Assembly (NCBI GenBank): GCA_964247055.1
Contig: OZ176056.1
Location: 2,666,001-2,730,000 of the forward strand
Direction of reading: 5' to 3'
Length of the DNA stretch: 64,000 nt
DNA from: Paragordius varius
Lineage: Eukaryota; Animalia; Nematomorpha
This document shows positions 11,701 to 23,698 of this stretch, piece by piece. Both the position numbers and the translations under genes were made by a program. The first letter of the stretch is position 1; every line of letters starts with the position of its first letter. The notes below the pieces were generated by a model. It saw nothing but the letters and a program-made list of their open reading frames with translations. It was not told where the DNA came from and did not search any database.

Positions 11701-13271
11701 TCTTTTGGATATTTTTGCTTATTACAAACATATTTTTTTAATTTATTTGCTTAAAAATTTTAAATTTAAAATAATGAGTTATTTAATGGATTTAATAATC
11801 TTTAAATAACATAATTGATTACAATATTAATATTGTGTTTTTTAAGACAAAAAGCTGGGTTACAAACAATTTTTTAAAAAAAATTTTGATCAATAATACA
11901 TATAAATTTGAGCCAAAATATATTGATTTCATATTGTTTGTTTTTTAGAAATAGATATATATATTTTTTAATTTTCAAAACAATATATCTAGATTGCTGT
12001 TTTAATTTTAAAGTTGCAAAATTAGGCAAATTTTTAAAATCTTCTAAGAAAAAATATATAATATATATATATGTTAATACAAACAATTTTATATGCAGTA
12101 TAAAATTGTGTTATTTAACCTTATATTACAAGATATAACCATAAAATGATTATATAAGCACTTTTTAAAAAAAGTTTCGCTTGCCACATATATTTACGTT
12201 TTTTATATTAATTAATTTTTTATAACCATATAAGCCGTCAAATATATTACCAACTGTAAAAATTTAACCCTATTTTCTTTAAAATTCGCAAGTTTAATCA
12301 TTTATACAAATTATAGGTTTTTTTAAATAAAAAATATTTTCTTGAATCATATGATTGCAATTTGATTATAAAATTTATATTTTTGCTTTCAAAAAGCTTG
12401 CAAGGTTAAAAAAATGTAGGAATTTTAAATAAATTTATTATTTACCCAGCTCAACGTATAATAATTGGTGGACAAAATCTCTGAAATAAATCGTGCATAA
12501 ATTAAGATACTTTGCAATAAAAATAACCTTTTTTTAATAGATAAAGAATAGAAAAACGGATTAATTTTAATTTTATATTCTTAGTATACATATATATATA
12601 TATATTGTATAAAAGAATTTTATCTCTTAAAATTTAATCTTATTTTGTAAGTAATTTTATCACAATATATATCGCTTTTGCTGAAAAAGATAAGTAAAAA
12701 TTAATTTTTCTTAATATACAGTGGATTAAAAAAAAATATTTGTGGTAAAGAAATTAATATTAGGAGTAAAAAATGAATAAAGGTGAAAATAAAAAAGAAA
12801 CAAAGGGCCATGGTGCACGAGTAAGCATTACCATACACATTAAATTATAATTATTTTTTATTTACTAATGAAGGGAAGGAATAAGTAGCATGGTATTACA
12901 TACTCAATAAATCCTTTTTTTTCTTTCACTAATTGTAAAAAATAATTATTATTTAATGGGTATGGTAATGCTTGCTCGTGCACCATGGCCCTTTGTTTCT
13001 TTTTTATTTTCACTAAGTTTACCCCTAATATTTATTTCTTTATGACAAACATTTTTTTTATTTTATGCACTGTAAATATCTAGCTGAAAAAGACAAGGAT
13101 TGGGTCAAAGATGTTAATATGCGCGTTCAAATGGCCATTCAAAAGGCCAAAGACACTGAGGATGCTGATCATCGAAGACCTCTAAAGTCTGGAGACACGG
13201 TTATAGTCGTTACTGGCTGGGAATCGGGTTCTGGAAAAACTAACACTATGAGAATCCTTAAAGTTGATTAG
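2783..13271 (+). CDS. PK: Pyruvate kinase, ~532 aa; model join(2783..2791,2814..2958,3233..3324,3758..3880,4314..4441,4806..5001,7082..7316,9572..9768,10552..10718,11248..11366,13084..13271)
   Basis: Continuous frame across GT..AG junctions (1599 nt = 533 codons). Canonical motifs [85 protein letters not shown]. The 9-nt first exon and 22-nt first intron are the least certain part. Confidence 0.97.
4955..6400 (+). repeat. Tandem array, ~9 units of 155-190 bp, each beginning with the 3' end of a PK exon plus its donor
   Basis: GTCAGGAAAA..GATAAGAGTGACTTGTTATTTGGCGTTCAAAATAATGTATG-like anchors recur near 4955 (real exon end), 5127, 5288, 5481, 5648, 5838, 6029, 6197 and 6352. Confidence 0.9.
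6580..7060 (+). repeat. ~250 bp direct duplication in the PK intron just upstream of an acceptor
   Basis: GAAATGC(T/A)TAGTTTTTGTCAATAT...CGGCTGTT...ATACCTTGGTA(G/A)TTTGAATATTTTTT occurs at ~6582 and ~6831. Confidence 0.8.
7255..8360 (+). repeat. Tandem array of ~195-214 bp units each carrying the last 18 codons of a PK exon and its GTAAGT donor
   Basis: TGGGCATTGAAAT(C/T)CCTGCTGAAAAAG...ATGATTATTGGTAAGTTTG at 7263 (real exon), 7458, 7667, 7873 and 8084, with a degenerate copy at ~8298. Confidence 0.95.
9140..9490. mobile_element. Tc1/mariner-type MITE (copy 1)
   Basis: TA|CAGTGGATTAAA ... TTTAATCCATTG|TA, ~130 bp imperfect TIRs, TA target duplication; homologous to 12719-13072. Confidence 0.85.
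9735..9930 (+). repeat. Single tandem duplication of a PK exon 3' end plus donor
   Basis: GCCCTTGAAATGATGATTAGAGTATGTTTTATAA at 9748 (real exon) and 9847 (intronic), with similar downstream intron sequence. Confidence 0.9.
10010..10320 (+). repeat. Three ~140 bp tandem units in a PK intron
   Basis: TTAATATTATTCCTTTT(A/G)CAGTT(A/T)AAA anchor at ~10013, ~10161 and ~10295. Confidence 0.7.
12719..13072. mobile_element. Tc1/mariner-type MITE (copy 2) abutting the last PK acceptor
   Basis: TA|CAGTGGATTAAA ... TTTTATGCACTG|TA; inverted arms AAAGAAACAAAGGGCCATGGTGCACGAGTAAGCATTACCATAC / GTATGGTAATGCTTGCTCGTGCACCATGGCCCTTTGTTTCTTT. Confidence 0.9.
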
Positions 13272-14829
13272 GAAAGCAAACCTTAATATTACAAAAACAG
13301 AATTTTGTTTCCAATTAAAAAATATCTTATGTACCAAAATTATACTATATAGAGACAAAACATAAAAAGTTATATGGCCAATGTTTTTTTCCAGTTACTC
13401 GAAAACCCTATTTTCAAGGCTTTAGTATTACTAATTTTGTGCCAATACGATATTAAGTAAAAAATTAAGGTTAAAAAATATGATAATTCTTATTAAATTT
13501 GACAGTCTTTTTATGTTTTGTCCCTCTTAAAAATTGTAATTTTTACTGTTAAAACAACTTTTGGTGTTAATATCTAAATATATATATTTTGCATATAAAT
13601 TATATTTTCTGTTCTAAACAACAAAAACATTCTGCTATCATAGATACCCTTAATGCAATCAATTATCAATTTTCATCTTATATATTGTAGTTTTATCATA
13701 GTTAAATGTTTAATTTTATTGTCATTTCAAATATTTTATTATATGTTTTAATTATCATAATAATAGCCATTCTAAGGATGTGATATAATACTTCATTCTA
13801 GTCATCATAATATATTACTTGAAAATTACTAGCTATTGTAATTTTTTTCGATTTTTACCTATATTGTATTCTGATTTTATTGATTATACATTGTGCTATC
13901 AACTCTAGCCTGCTTATATACTGTTTTATTTTACACATATACAATCGTTTTCTTAGTATAATGTTGTACTAGTCTCTATAATACCTTAGTCACTTTGTGC
14001 ATTACCAAAATTCTTTTGTGTTCATATGGCTAAATTTTAATTGCAACAATATTTAAACATTTAACGTATCAATAAATTGGATAATCATATTATTGCAATT
14101 ATTACTTTATATATCACAGATGTTTTTTTCTTTCGTTATATCTAAGGTCAATTTCGCTCGTTTCTACTTTTATAATGGCGTTAATTTTAATGGTAAGGCT
14201 TCTAGAAAAGTTATATGAAAAAAAATTTTGGTTTTGATTTCGCATGTAAATACATTATGCTCCTACAGGTAATAACTATTTTGTTTTCCAGAATTAGAAT
14301 TAAGGGCAATTTATAAATCAAAGGTGGTTAACACACAGTTAAATGGGCCGCATTTTGATGCACTCTGGTGGGCCAGTGTCAAAAAAATATTTTTTTTAAA
14401 GAACAAAATGTTAATTATTTGATTAAACAGATTCGATAACCAGGCGTAATAATAAATTAACGGTTTAACTAGGATAAGAGGTCAGCGAGTACACAGACGA
14501 ATAATTTGTAGGTAGTATATTACTGTTTGTTATTAATAAAATTAGAGTTTTATTTATGGCATTGTTAAAATCAGACGTATTAATCAAAAATGAATTGATG
14601 GGCCGCAATTTGACCCCAAAACACTGCCGAGCAAACACCAAAAAAATATTTTTTTAGAAGAAAATAATTATATCAAACAAATTTGAATGTGTTGCCATAT
14701 GTCATTACCAATATGCCTAAGTGACGACTTCATCGAAAAGTATTCACACGTTTAATTTTGACCCTTCATCCGGCCCGACAAACACAGTTGAGTTCCCCCA
14801 CAACTAGCACTTTATGTTCATCATTCAAT

Positions 14830-15540
14830 AATTATATCGAATTTGAAATAGCACATTTGCGGTACGCACCATTAGCAAAAAAGGCGTTAAAAGTAATCGT
14901 TTGCTGGCTAAAACATATGGTAAACATGTTCTATTTAACACATGTGAAACAGTTTCGAAATGTATCAATGTGAAATAGGCTCTCTAGATCACCACATGCC
15001 AAGATACTTAAGTGCAAGAGTTAAATGATCCTCTTAAATTTTACAATAGGCAGAGGCATTTTATTTATCATAAAAAAACAAAAACTAGATGCTTGGTGAA
15101 TTTTTCCCAGACAGTATAACGCAAAATTTATATCGAAAAATGATTTATGAAATCCTGCTTCAACGTCACGAAAAGAAATCAAATTTGCATCGAATCGGTG
15201 ATAAACTATGGCTTTATTTGGCAAATCCAAAGCGGAAAAATCGTGACTTTACCTTGCAAAGCCATTATAGACACCGATGCCAAATCGCTTCGGTAATAAG
15301 ACCGAGTTCTGTGTCTGGTGGGGCCTGAACGATTATGTAATAAATTTTTGAAGCTTGGTGAAACCATTAATTCACAAAGCTGTCGCTGACAATTCGAAGA
15401 AATGGCAAACTGTTTAATACATTGATAATGTTCAAAACAAAAATACCAGTAAACACATTGAAATCGCTTCGATAAGAAAATCTTTCACATCCGTTGAATT
15501 CCTTGAAAAAACTGACAAATGTTGAGATTTAAAATAAATT
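14830..15540 (+). mobile_element. Degenerate mariner (Mos1-like) transposase relic
   Basis: Frame-hopping translation gives HLR...SNRLLAKTYG (N-terminal HTH), LLQRHEKKSNLHRI(V.)GDKLW, NPKRK, LCVWWG and LKLGETINSQ, matching mariner D,D34D transposase motifs; multiple stops and frameshifts. Confidence 0.85.
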
Positions 15541-18500
15541 TTTAATACATGGTATATTATGACATCAGAAAAAGATTTTGTAAATGAAGCATACTTTTTT
15601 AAAAAATTGTTATTTAGTAAATTTTGAGGGCCCGTATTAAAACGATAGCAAACATTTTTGGATATTATAAATGTACCTACACACCAATGATGCTAAACAT
15701 TCCTATCAATTCAGTTCGGAGGTGATAGAAATGCTTAATATCATTAACCAGAAAAAAGTATTTATAATATTTTTAGTGGTTTTCTACCTATTTAACCATT
15801 CTCCATGTCAAAAACGTTTTATTATTTTTTTTTAAAAAATCAATAAACGCAAGTTTTAAAAATTTAATTTTTAGCAAAACTTTAAAGCGTAGTTTATGGT
15901 ATTTAGAAGCATTGTAACAACAAAGACTTTTTTAAAACATTGAAATAATTATATTTTTATGACATATTTATTATTATATATAAAGTTGAGTCGATCAAAT
16001 TTAATCAAAATTGTGAGGTGACATGTTCAATTTTTCCATACTCTAAAATGCCAAAAAATACCGTTCATTAAAATTTTATAAATATTATATTTTTAAACAA
16101 AATATGCCATTCATAAAATAGTTTTTTCTTGATATCATAATCTACCATAAGTAATGTTTCTATCACAAAATCAGTTTTTAACTTTTTTTAAAACTAGCCC
16201 ATTTGGTTATAAAATTACCCCAAAAGGTCATGAAGTGTTAAATATAAAAAAAAGAATTATCAATAACATCTTAAATCCACAACAACCAAAAAACGATGAG
16301 TTTTTTTTACTAAAATTAAGATGTGTCACATATGTGTCTTTTAAAGTATACATTTGTATTTTCAATTCATTTTATACGTTTTATCTGGATAATAATATTT
16401 AGTTCTATTATATTTTATTACCAATTTAAGCCTGTGAATTTTTTAAAATATATTTTTTGAATAAAAATTTTAAAATAATAGTGTTAAATGAATATGCTAG
16501 AAAAAATTTTAATTAATTGAAATATTATCTACGAATCTAAGTAATTTGATTATAATAAATGATAAGGTATATTACCTGATAGTTTGTGCAAGCTTAGCTT
16601 TTAATTTTTTTAAATTATATATTTTAAATTTTAAAAATTATTTTTTTACCTTGATTAAAATGTATTGTAAGATAATTTTAATCTATATAGCTATTAGCCT
16701 CTTGATTAATCACACTTCGTGTGGTGGGCACACTACTAAAAAAGGTATAATTAAATCAGTTTTATTTTGACAAAATATCCATATAATTTATATTTCTATG
16801 GATCGAAACCGTTTTCAATTAGTATTTCTGCCGGAGTTTCTGGAATCATTATTAAAAATATTTGTAAAAACAATATTAATCTAATTTTTAAATCATTTTT
16901 CGTATTCATAAAATATTCAATATGAATAGAAAACCCAGTGAAACCAAAAAATAGGTTAAAAATTGAAATTATACAGACAGGACTTAAGAATTAGAAACTT
17001 AATAGAACATAATTTTGTTTTAATTTATTAAAACCAACTTTTAGATATGATTTCTTCGCCTCCACCAAGATCAACCAATACCCCTAAATATTCGAGAGGT
17101 CATAATCGAGGAAAGAAAACTTTTGGTAACCTATTAATTAAACCGAAATGGATGGGATAATAAGCATTTTAATGTATGATCAAACTTCGTATGCCAAATA
17201 AATATGAAAAATAAATATGAAAATATACTTTATTTTTCCCTTTTTATACTGTGGTAAAACAAAATTATAAACAATAAATTCTGCCCAGAGCAGACATTGA
17301 TATGATGGCAAAAATGACAGTCGGATTTCTTGTAATCATATTTTCTTGATTGAAACAACTTGGGAATTTTATAGTTTAAAAAAATTTCTGTTATTTCCAA
17401 TAACATGTGTAAACAGTTTATACGGGCTTTCGTGACAATATGTACCGCCCGAAAATTCGGAAATCACCTTATAAATACGGAGTTTCTTTGCAAAAAAATC
17501 TTAGTTAAATCGCTGTTCCTAAAATTTTTTTGAATAAGTCCTTACGATTGGCAACGAACTGGATAAAATTTGTGAAATAAAATGTTTTTTTATTGCTTTT
17601 ACACATATTTTAACCGTCTTATGTTTGAAATCTAAAAAAATATTTTAATCATCCATATATATTTACAGAGGCCCGAAAAGCCATTTGTGTTAAACAGCCA
17701 ATACATAAAATTAAATAATACACATTCAAGCAAAATGTAAAAACCTAAAGACAACCTACCCTATTATTTATTAAACCTTTTAAATTTAAAACATATTGTT
17801 ATGTGTTGTAAAATTTTTAGTTTCTATTTTATTTTTGTTGTACGTTTGACAAAAATTACTTGTAGTAATCGACAATTTACTCTATTAAATTCATTCAATT
17901 TTAGCTGAATTATCATTGCAAAATAAATTTTGTTAACTGTTCTGGTGTTTAAATAGTACAAATACCACTTTATTTTTTACTTTAACCTGGTACAGTGTAA
18001 ACTATAGTTTGTTAACCTATTTAATATTAGGTAAACTTAATAACCTTTTATAAAATATATTATAGATGATTGTGAATAATGCTTTTACCTTATTTAACGA
18101 ACGTATCTTAAACTTCAAACATTGAAATACCTTGTTATTATCCACGAGAACGAATATTTTGTTTAATTTAAATTCTTAAAAAATATATTAAATTGAACTA
18201 TATCCAATGGTAATATCTATTTCAATGGTTGAATTTAAAACATAAGAGAATAATATTGAAAATATAATTAAAACAAAATTTGAAAGAAATTATTATAAAT
18301 TATGATAAAAACAAAAAATGTAAAGTGTGATGTCCATGTCCTTTCTCTTTATTGTTTTTTCCTTGGAGTGGATATTTTAAAATGATCTGTTTCTTTTAAG
18401 AAATCTTTAGTGGCCTTTTTAAATTCTTTTCTCTCCTCTCTTCTGTTAATAAGGTGGATATTATTTGAATGGAGGAAACAAGCCTGCAAAATCAACCTAT

Positions 18501-19046
18501 CGGATAATTTGTCGGCTTGTGCTATAACAACTATATATACGTTTTTTATAAAAATACTTTTTTTTATAAAATTTGTAGCTGAGCATTTCTATTTCTTCAG
18601 AAGCAAAAATTCGAAGAAGAACGAAAATCTTTATCCGATTTCTGAGGTACTAAAAATGTTCAGCATCATTAAATTTTTAAGTGTAAACGTTTTACCGTTA
18701 TATGTCTTAATATACTATGAAAACTACATTTCAACCAAATTTAACAAAGTAGATTTTTTTTTAGTTATTAAAACAAAACCGCAATATGGAGAAGTTTCAT
18801 TTACAATATTGCAAAAAGTCGACCTCGACTGTAGCAATACATACACACACACAAGCACAGAGATTTTTTCCAAAATACTTTTTTTGATGTAAAAATTTAG
18901 GATATATAATAGTTTTATCAAGAAATTTTGGCATTTTTGCCTTTTTTCGGAACACTGACCCATTATAGATACAAAAATCGGTTTCGTAGCATACATTAAA
19001 ATTTAAGGTTTTATAGAAATACTGTTTTTCCTTTTAATTGGACTAT

Positions 19047-20137
19047 GTCCACAAAAATATCTTGGTGAAATGCATATATTATTGAAAAGGCCTTAAGAAA
19101 GTTATTTACACTTTTGTCATAACTGCTCCATATCAGAAAATAAAATTTGCGCACATTTATGCCAATTCATCACGTTTTGGGGTAGTTTTGAACCCCAGGG
19201 CTATTAAAAACTTAAAAACCTTAAGGAGTATTTTTAATATTGGGCAGATTTAAAATATGTTACATTCACCAACTTTTTCGCCGCCATTTTATTCTTTGGA
19301 TTTTTGTAAATAGCTAATACTACTGACAAATCAATGTTAAAAATATAAATAGTTAAATTTGGGGAAGCTTTCCAGAACATTCTACTAGCAAATTTTAATT
19401 ATAAAATTTAGTATAAACTATTATTTTCAATCGTAAAAAAAATAATTTATTTAAAAGCAAAGTATTAGAAGCCATGATAAAAATGGATGCGATCTAAAAT
19501 TTTTGGCCTTTTTTATCAAAAAAACACATTTTTATTTATTATATATTTAAAGATGAACGAATATTTTAATCGAAATTCTGACGTATTAGAAATGTTTAGC
19601 ATTATCGAATTATATAGAAAAGGTATTTTTATAATTACTTAAAGCGATTTTATACTCTTTCCATCATGTTTCATAGTATTTTGAAATAGGCTTGAACATG
19701 GGGAAAATTATATTTTTGTAAAAAGTTTGCATTTTATAAAAAATATTTTTAGTTGATATCAAAATTTAGCATATATTTAAATTTTTTATCGCGCATTTTT
19801 GAGTTAATTTTGAAAAATTAGCCCATTTTTTAAGAGCAAAATATTTGGTACTTTATGGATCCCACCTCTAAAAATATTTTTTTTGAAAATATTGTTTTGC
19901 TTTTTATATGTAGTTCATGATATATTTTACTGATATTTTTTGGAATGAAGCCTCTAGCTTTGATCAAAAAATTTTTAAAAAATGCGCAAATATTGCCATT
20001 TTCTGATATAAGAAACCTACCACAAAAGTGTGAATTTCATTGATTTACTCGTAACGGTTAAAACCAAAAGCACCATGATAATCCTGATACATTTCCTAAC
20101 AAAATATATTATATTTAATCAGGTTATTTTTGTGGAC
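19047..20137. repeat. Foldback element, family A (long imperfect TIRs)
   Basis: Ends GTCCACAAAAATA.. / ..TTATTTTTGTGGAC; arms carry GGCC..AAAAGCACCATGAT, AAAATGGC/GCCATTTT and TTTTTGGAATGAAGC motifs. Related arms at ~540-760, 23040-23640, 35790-36200, 50190-50420 and 54140-54290. Confidence 0.65.
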
Positions 20138-20169
20138 GCTGTGTATATGGGACAAATCTGGATAATTTG

Positions 20170-20350
20170 CGCCTGAGATCCTCATTATCCTTTAATTTGC
20201 TCCTAATTTCATGTTGTAATCAAACCAAGGCTAAGCCAGTTTCACATAATTACGTTGATCCAGAAGTACCAAAACACGCAAGGCGATTCGAGACAGTTTT
20301 GGATACAGATGCTTTATTCAAAATTTTTGATCACGACTAGCAAAGCACTT
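20170..20350 (-). mobile_element. hAT transposase C-terminal dimerisation-domain relic
   Basis: Minus-strand translation YPKLSRIALRVL and ST*LCETG...EIRSKL resembles the hATC motif; stops present. Confidence 0.5.
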
Positions 20351-20949
20351 TTTAATAGTTGAATCATATTTTAACTCTAATGATCCTTCTTGTACTTCTA
20401 TAGGAAGCATGTTTATATTAGTTGTACTCCAATCGGAGACATGCGGCCCTAACGTACCTTTCTATGGTCTGGAAATATTTATTAATTTTTATATAATTAT
20501 TTGGAGTTTAAATATCTGCAAATGGTCAAACATTTATAGGTACGGTCCTTGGGACCAGAAAAATTTTTCGGGCCCTTTAATTTTTTAACTGTAAATGGAT
20601 TTATTGTTAAGGTAACTGACCAGGATAAAAGATCTGGAAAGTATTGAACAAAATCATCCCTAAGAAATTCATAATCCACTATTGAATTAATAATAATGAA
20701 TTTATTAGATATAATGTATGTCGATCTAAAGGTCGGGAACTAGAATTTATTATATTTAGCTCTTAAAATACGCAATTTTAGATAAATGCGTTTATATCCT
20801 GAGAGATATAATATTATAATAATTATTTAGATTTTAAAAAAATATGCCCTAAATATGAGTATTCTAGTTGAAAACTGAAATCGAAAGATCACGATAAATT
20901 TACCTTGATAGTCCAAAAAATTAATGCTTTATTTTTATATTCAGATAGA

Positions 20950-21510
20950 CGCCGTAGCATATTTTCGTTGAGCCACCTTACATCAGTTAAAATAATAACT
21001 GATGATGATTGGTCGATAACTCTTCGCATATTATCGTAAATATTTTTGCTTCAAAAACGCTACTCATTTGATAGATATTTTGCAGCTCCCAAAGCATTTA
21101 CACAAAACAAGATGTTCCTGTTATTGATGCATTCTTATGAGACAAATTGGATCAAGCACCAATCATCTATGGAGCATAATCGGTGTAAACGCCGATTTTA
21201 TCCGTAGATAAATATTTTGAAAAAAAATCAATACAAGCGGAGACATCAACCCATTTAGAAGTCCATAAACTCTTCTAAAAAAATCCTCCTTATTGAAAAT
21301 AAATCTTAGTTTTTTTAACTGACAAATATCTGTGCTATCAAGACATTGAATTGCAAAACAGAAAATTTATTGCTTCTAACGTTTCGCTTTCAAGACTGTC
21401 CGCCATGTTACCTGCCTTGAGAGAGTATTTTCCAAAAATAAAATCTGAGTATAGTAAATTATCTCAGAAACCCGAGATCAATTGAAACGACTTAAGGATA
21501 GCGGGTTAAA
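20950..21510 (+). mobile_element. Degenerate hAT transposase relic
   Basis: Fragments ITDDDWSITL, LSRLSAMLPA and ERVFSK...IISETRDQL resemble hAT motifs (T..DW, LS.LA..YL..PATS..SERVFS....T..R..L); heavily disrupted. Confidence 0.5.
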
Positions 21511-22283
21511 TCAAAATCTCTTCCATGTGCAGATTTATGGGTATCAGATATGAATAAAGGAGGCAGATTTATATTATTATAATTCATAAATATATTTTCT
21601 AAATTTTCAAACAAGTTTGGATTGAATATAATATTGCTCTTTTTAAATGGTTTGACCTAAGTTGCCGGTCTATCTTGTCGGGCGTAAAGAATCAATGGTA
21701 AGAACATTGTGGCTATTTTACATTGTAATAGTTTGTCTCCTTGTTTATAGCTATATATCCATATTTAAAATATTCTTAATTGAGAAAAAATGTAAATATT
21801 AAGTAAGAATTAGAGGTGTATGTATAAATATACCATAAACTATATGTATAAAGTAAAATAATAATTTTAAAAAATTATAATTTATAGAAGGGGTTTTGAA
21901 AGTCCCAAAATTTTTATATCTTATAAAATGAACTCTCTTAAAATCAAATGCAAAAATTTAAAACAAGCTTTTAACATCAAAAAATCTTATACGAAATGAT
22001 ATTTTTGACCAAATATGAATTAAGGAAAAAAATTTGTTGAAGCGTACTTCTTTCTCTTTTGAGACAGGATGGAAACGGTATACGTCTAATATATGATAAA
22101 AATTTCTATGTAATTCAATGAGTTAACATTTTTTCACCCCAGATAACTTTGTTTGCTATTAAATTTGTGGGAATTTTGAATTTGTATTTTAAATTTGAAG
22201 ACGAACAAATATTTCAAAATTCTCAGGTAATAATGTTCGGCCTCATCTTATTATATGGAAAAGTGTCTTTTATTAATCTTAAC

Positions 22284-22987
22284 TAGGGTTGTGCATTTGA
22301 CTGCTTTTCCAAAAAAGTCCGGTCAGACCCAGTCAGACCATGGTCATGACCACGGTATGACCACTTAAGTAAATACTGTTCGATATTGGATTGCGAAATT
22401 AATGTTCGAACGACACTTGCGTTTCACTATAATGTCATGTTTTATCTTTAAAGCTTGTATTATACTTTTAAATATTTATTATTTACGAGTATATTCAATC
22501 AAATTTAATCAAAATTTTGTGTTCAAATAAATTTTGCCACATGTTTGTGGCTTTCTGATCTACAAATATATAGCTTTTAAAACTATATTTTCAAATAAAA
22601 TTTTACCTAGTTTGGTTTACAATTTCTTTCATCATTGAAATATCCAATTATAAAATGTTTTTTACATTTTATTTGTTCACAAATATGGAATAATTGCATA
22701 TTTAGCAAAGTGCTTGATTATTTTGTTTTTCAAAATGACTGGATATGCTTAAAATGTTATAAGGATGCAATTTTACCAATTTTAAATTTTTAGATAAGCA
22801 AAATTCAATATTTAATTTAATTTTTAAAAAATGTATCAAAAAGCAATATAATCTCTCTTCCAATTTATCAGCAATTTTTCAGAAAACAGCTGTTATTTTA
22901 AATGTCCATAGTCAAAAAATAAATAGTCAATGACCTGGTCATGACCCAGTCAATTGACGGGGTCATGACCAGGTCAGCACAACCCTA
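22284..22987. mobile_element. hAT-type MITE, 704 bp
   Basis: TIRs TAGGGTTGTGC / GCACAACCCTA; perfect 8 bp TSD ATCTTAAC (22276-22283 and 22988-22995); subterminal GGTCATGACC-type repeats at both ends. Confidence 0.92.
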
Positions 22988-23641
22988 ATCTTAACATTTA
23001 CCGTTCCTCATGATTAATAATATGAAGTAGGCTTATATAAACCTAATTAATTTTTTGAAAATATGCATTTTTTATAAATATTTTTAGTTAATAAAATTTT
23101 TGCCGCGCATTCTGGCCTTTTTATGTTTATTTAAAGAGAACTTGTTTATTTTTGGCGAGCGAAAAAATTGAGATTTTCTGAGCCGACATCTAAAATCAAT
23201 TTTTTTTAAAAAATATTGTTTTCCTTTTTAAGGGAATTTTTGTGATATTTTTCGGAATGAAGCATTTAGCTTTTACAAAATTTTTATTTAAGAATGCGAA
23301 AAATTTTCTGATATGTGGCACTTATTCCAAAACTGCTAATAAATATTTTAATTGCCTAAGGGCCAAAACTAAAAGCACCATGTACATTTTCCTATCAGAA
23401 TATATATATTTCATCAACTCATATTTTTTTGTACTCCCCGATTTTTCTGGCATTGTATATGGTATTGATATTTTTTAGCGATATTTTTTTAGAACGAAAC
23501 ATTTGGCTTCCATAGAAAATTTTATTTGACAAAATGTGAATTTGCTATTTTCTGTTATGGAGCAGTAACCGCAAAATCCAAAATAACTTCCCTAACTCTA
23601 AGGACCTAAGCTAAAAGCACTTAGATAATACAATTTCTCAT

Positions 23642-23643
<2 letters not shown>

Positions 23644-23695
<52 letters not shown>
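23644..23695. repeat. (TA)n microsatellite
   Basis: About 25 TA units read directly. Confidence 0.98.
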
Positions 23696-23698
<3 letters not shown>

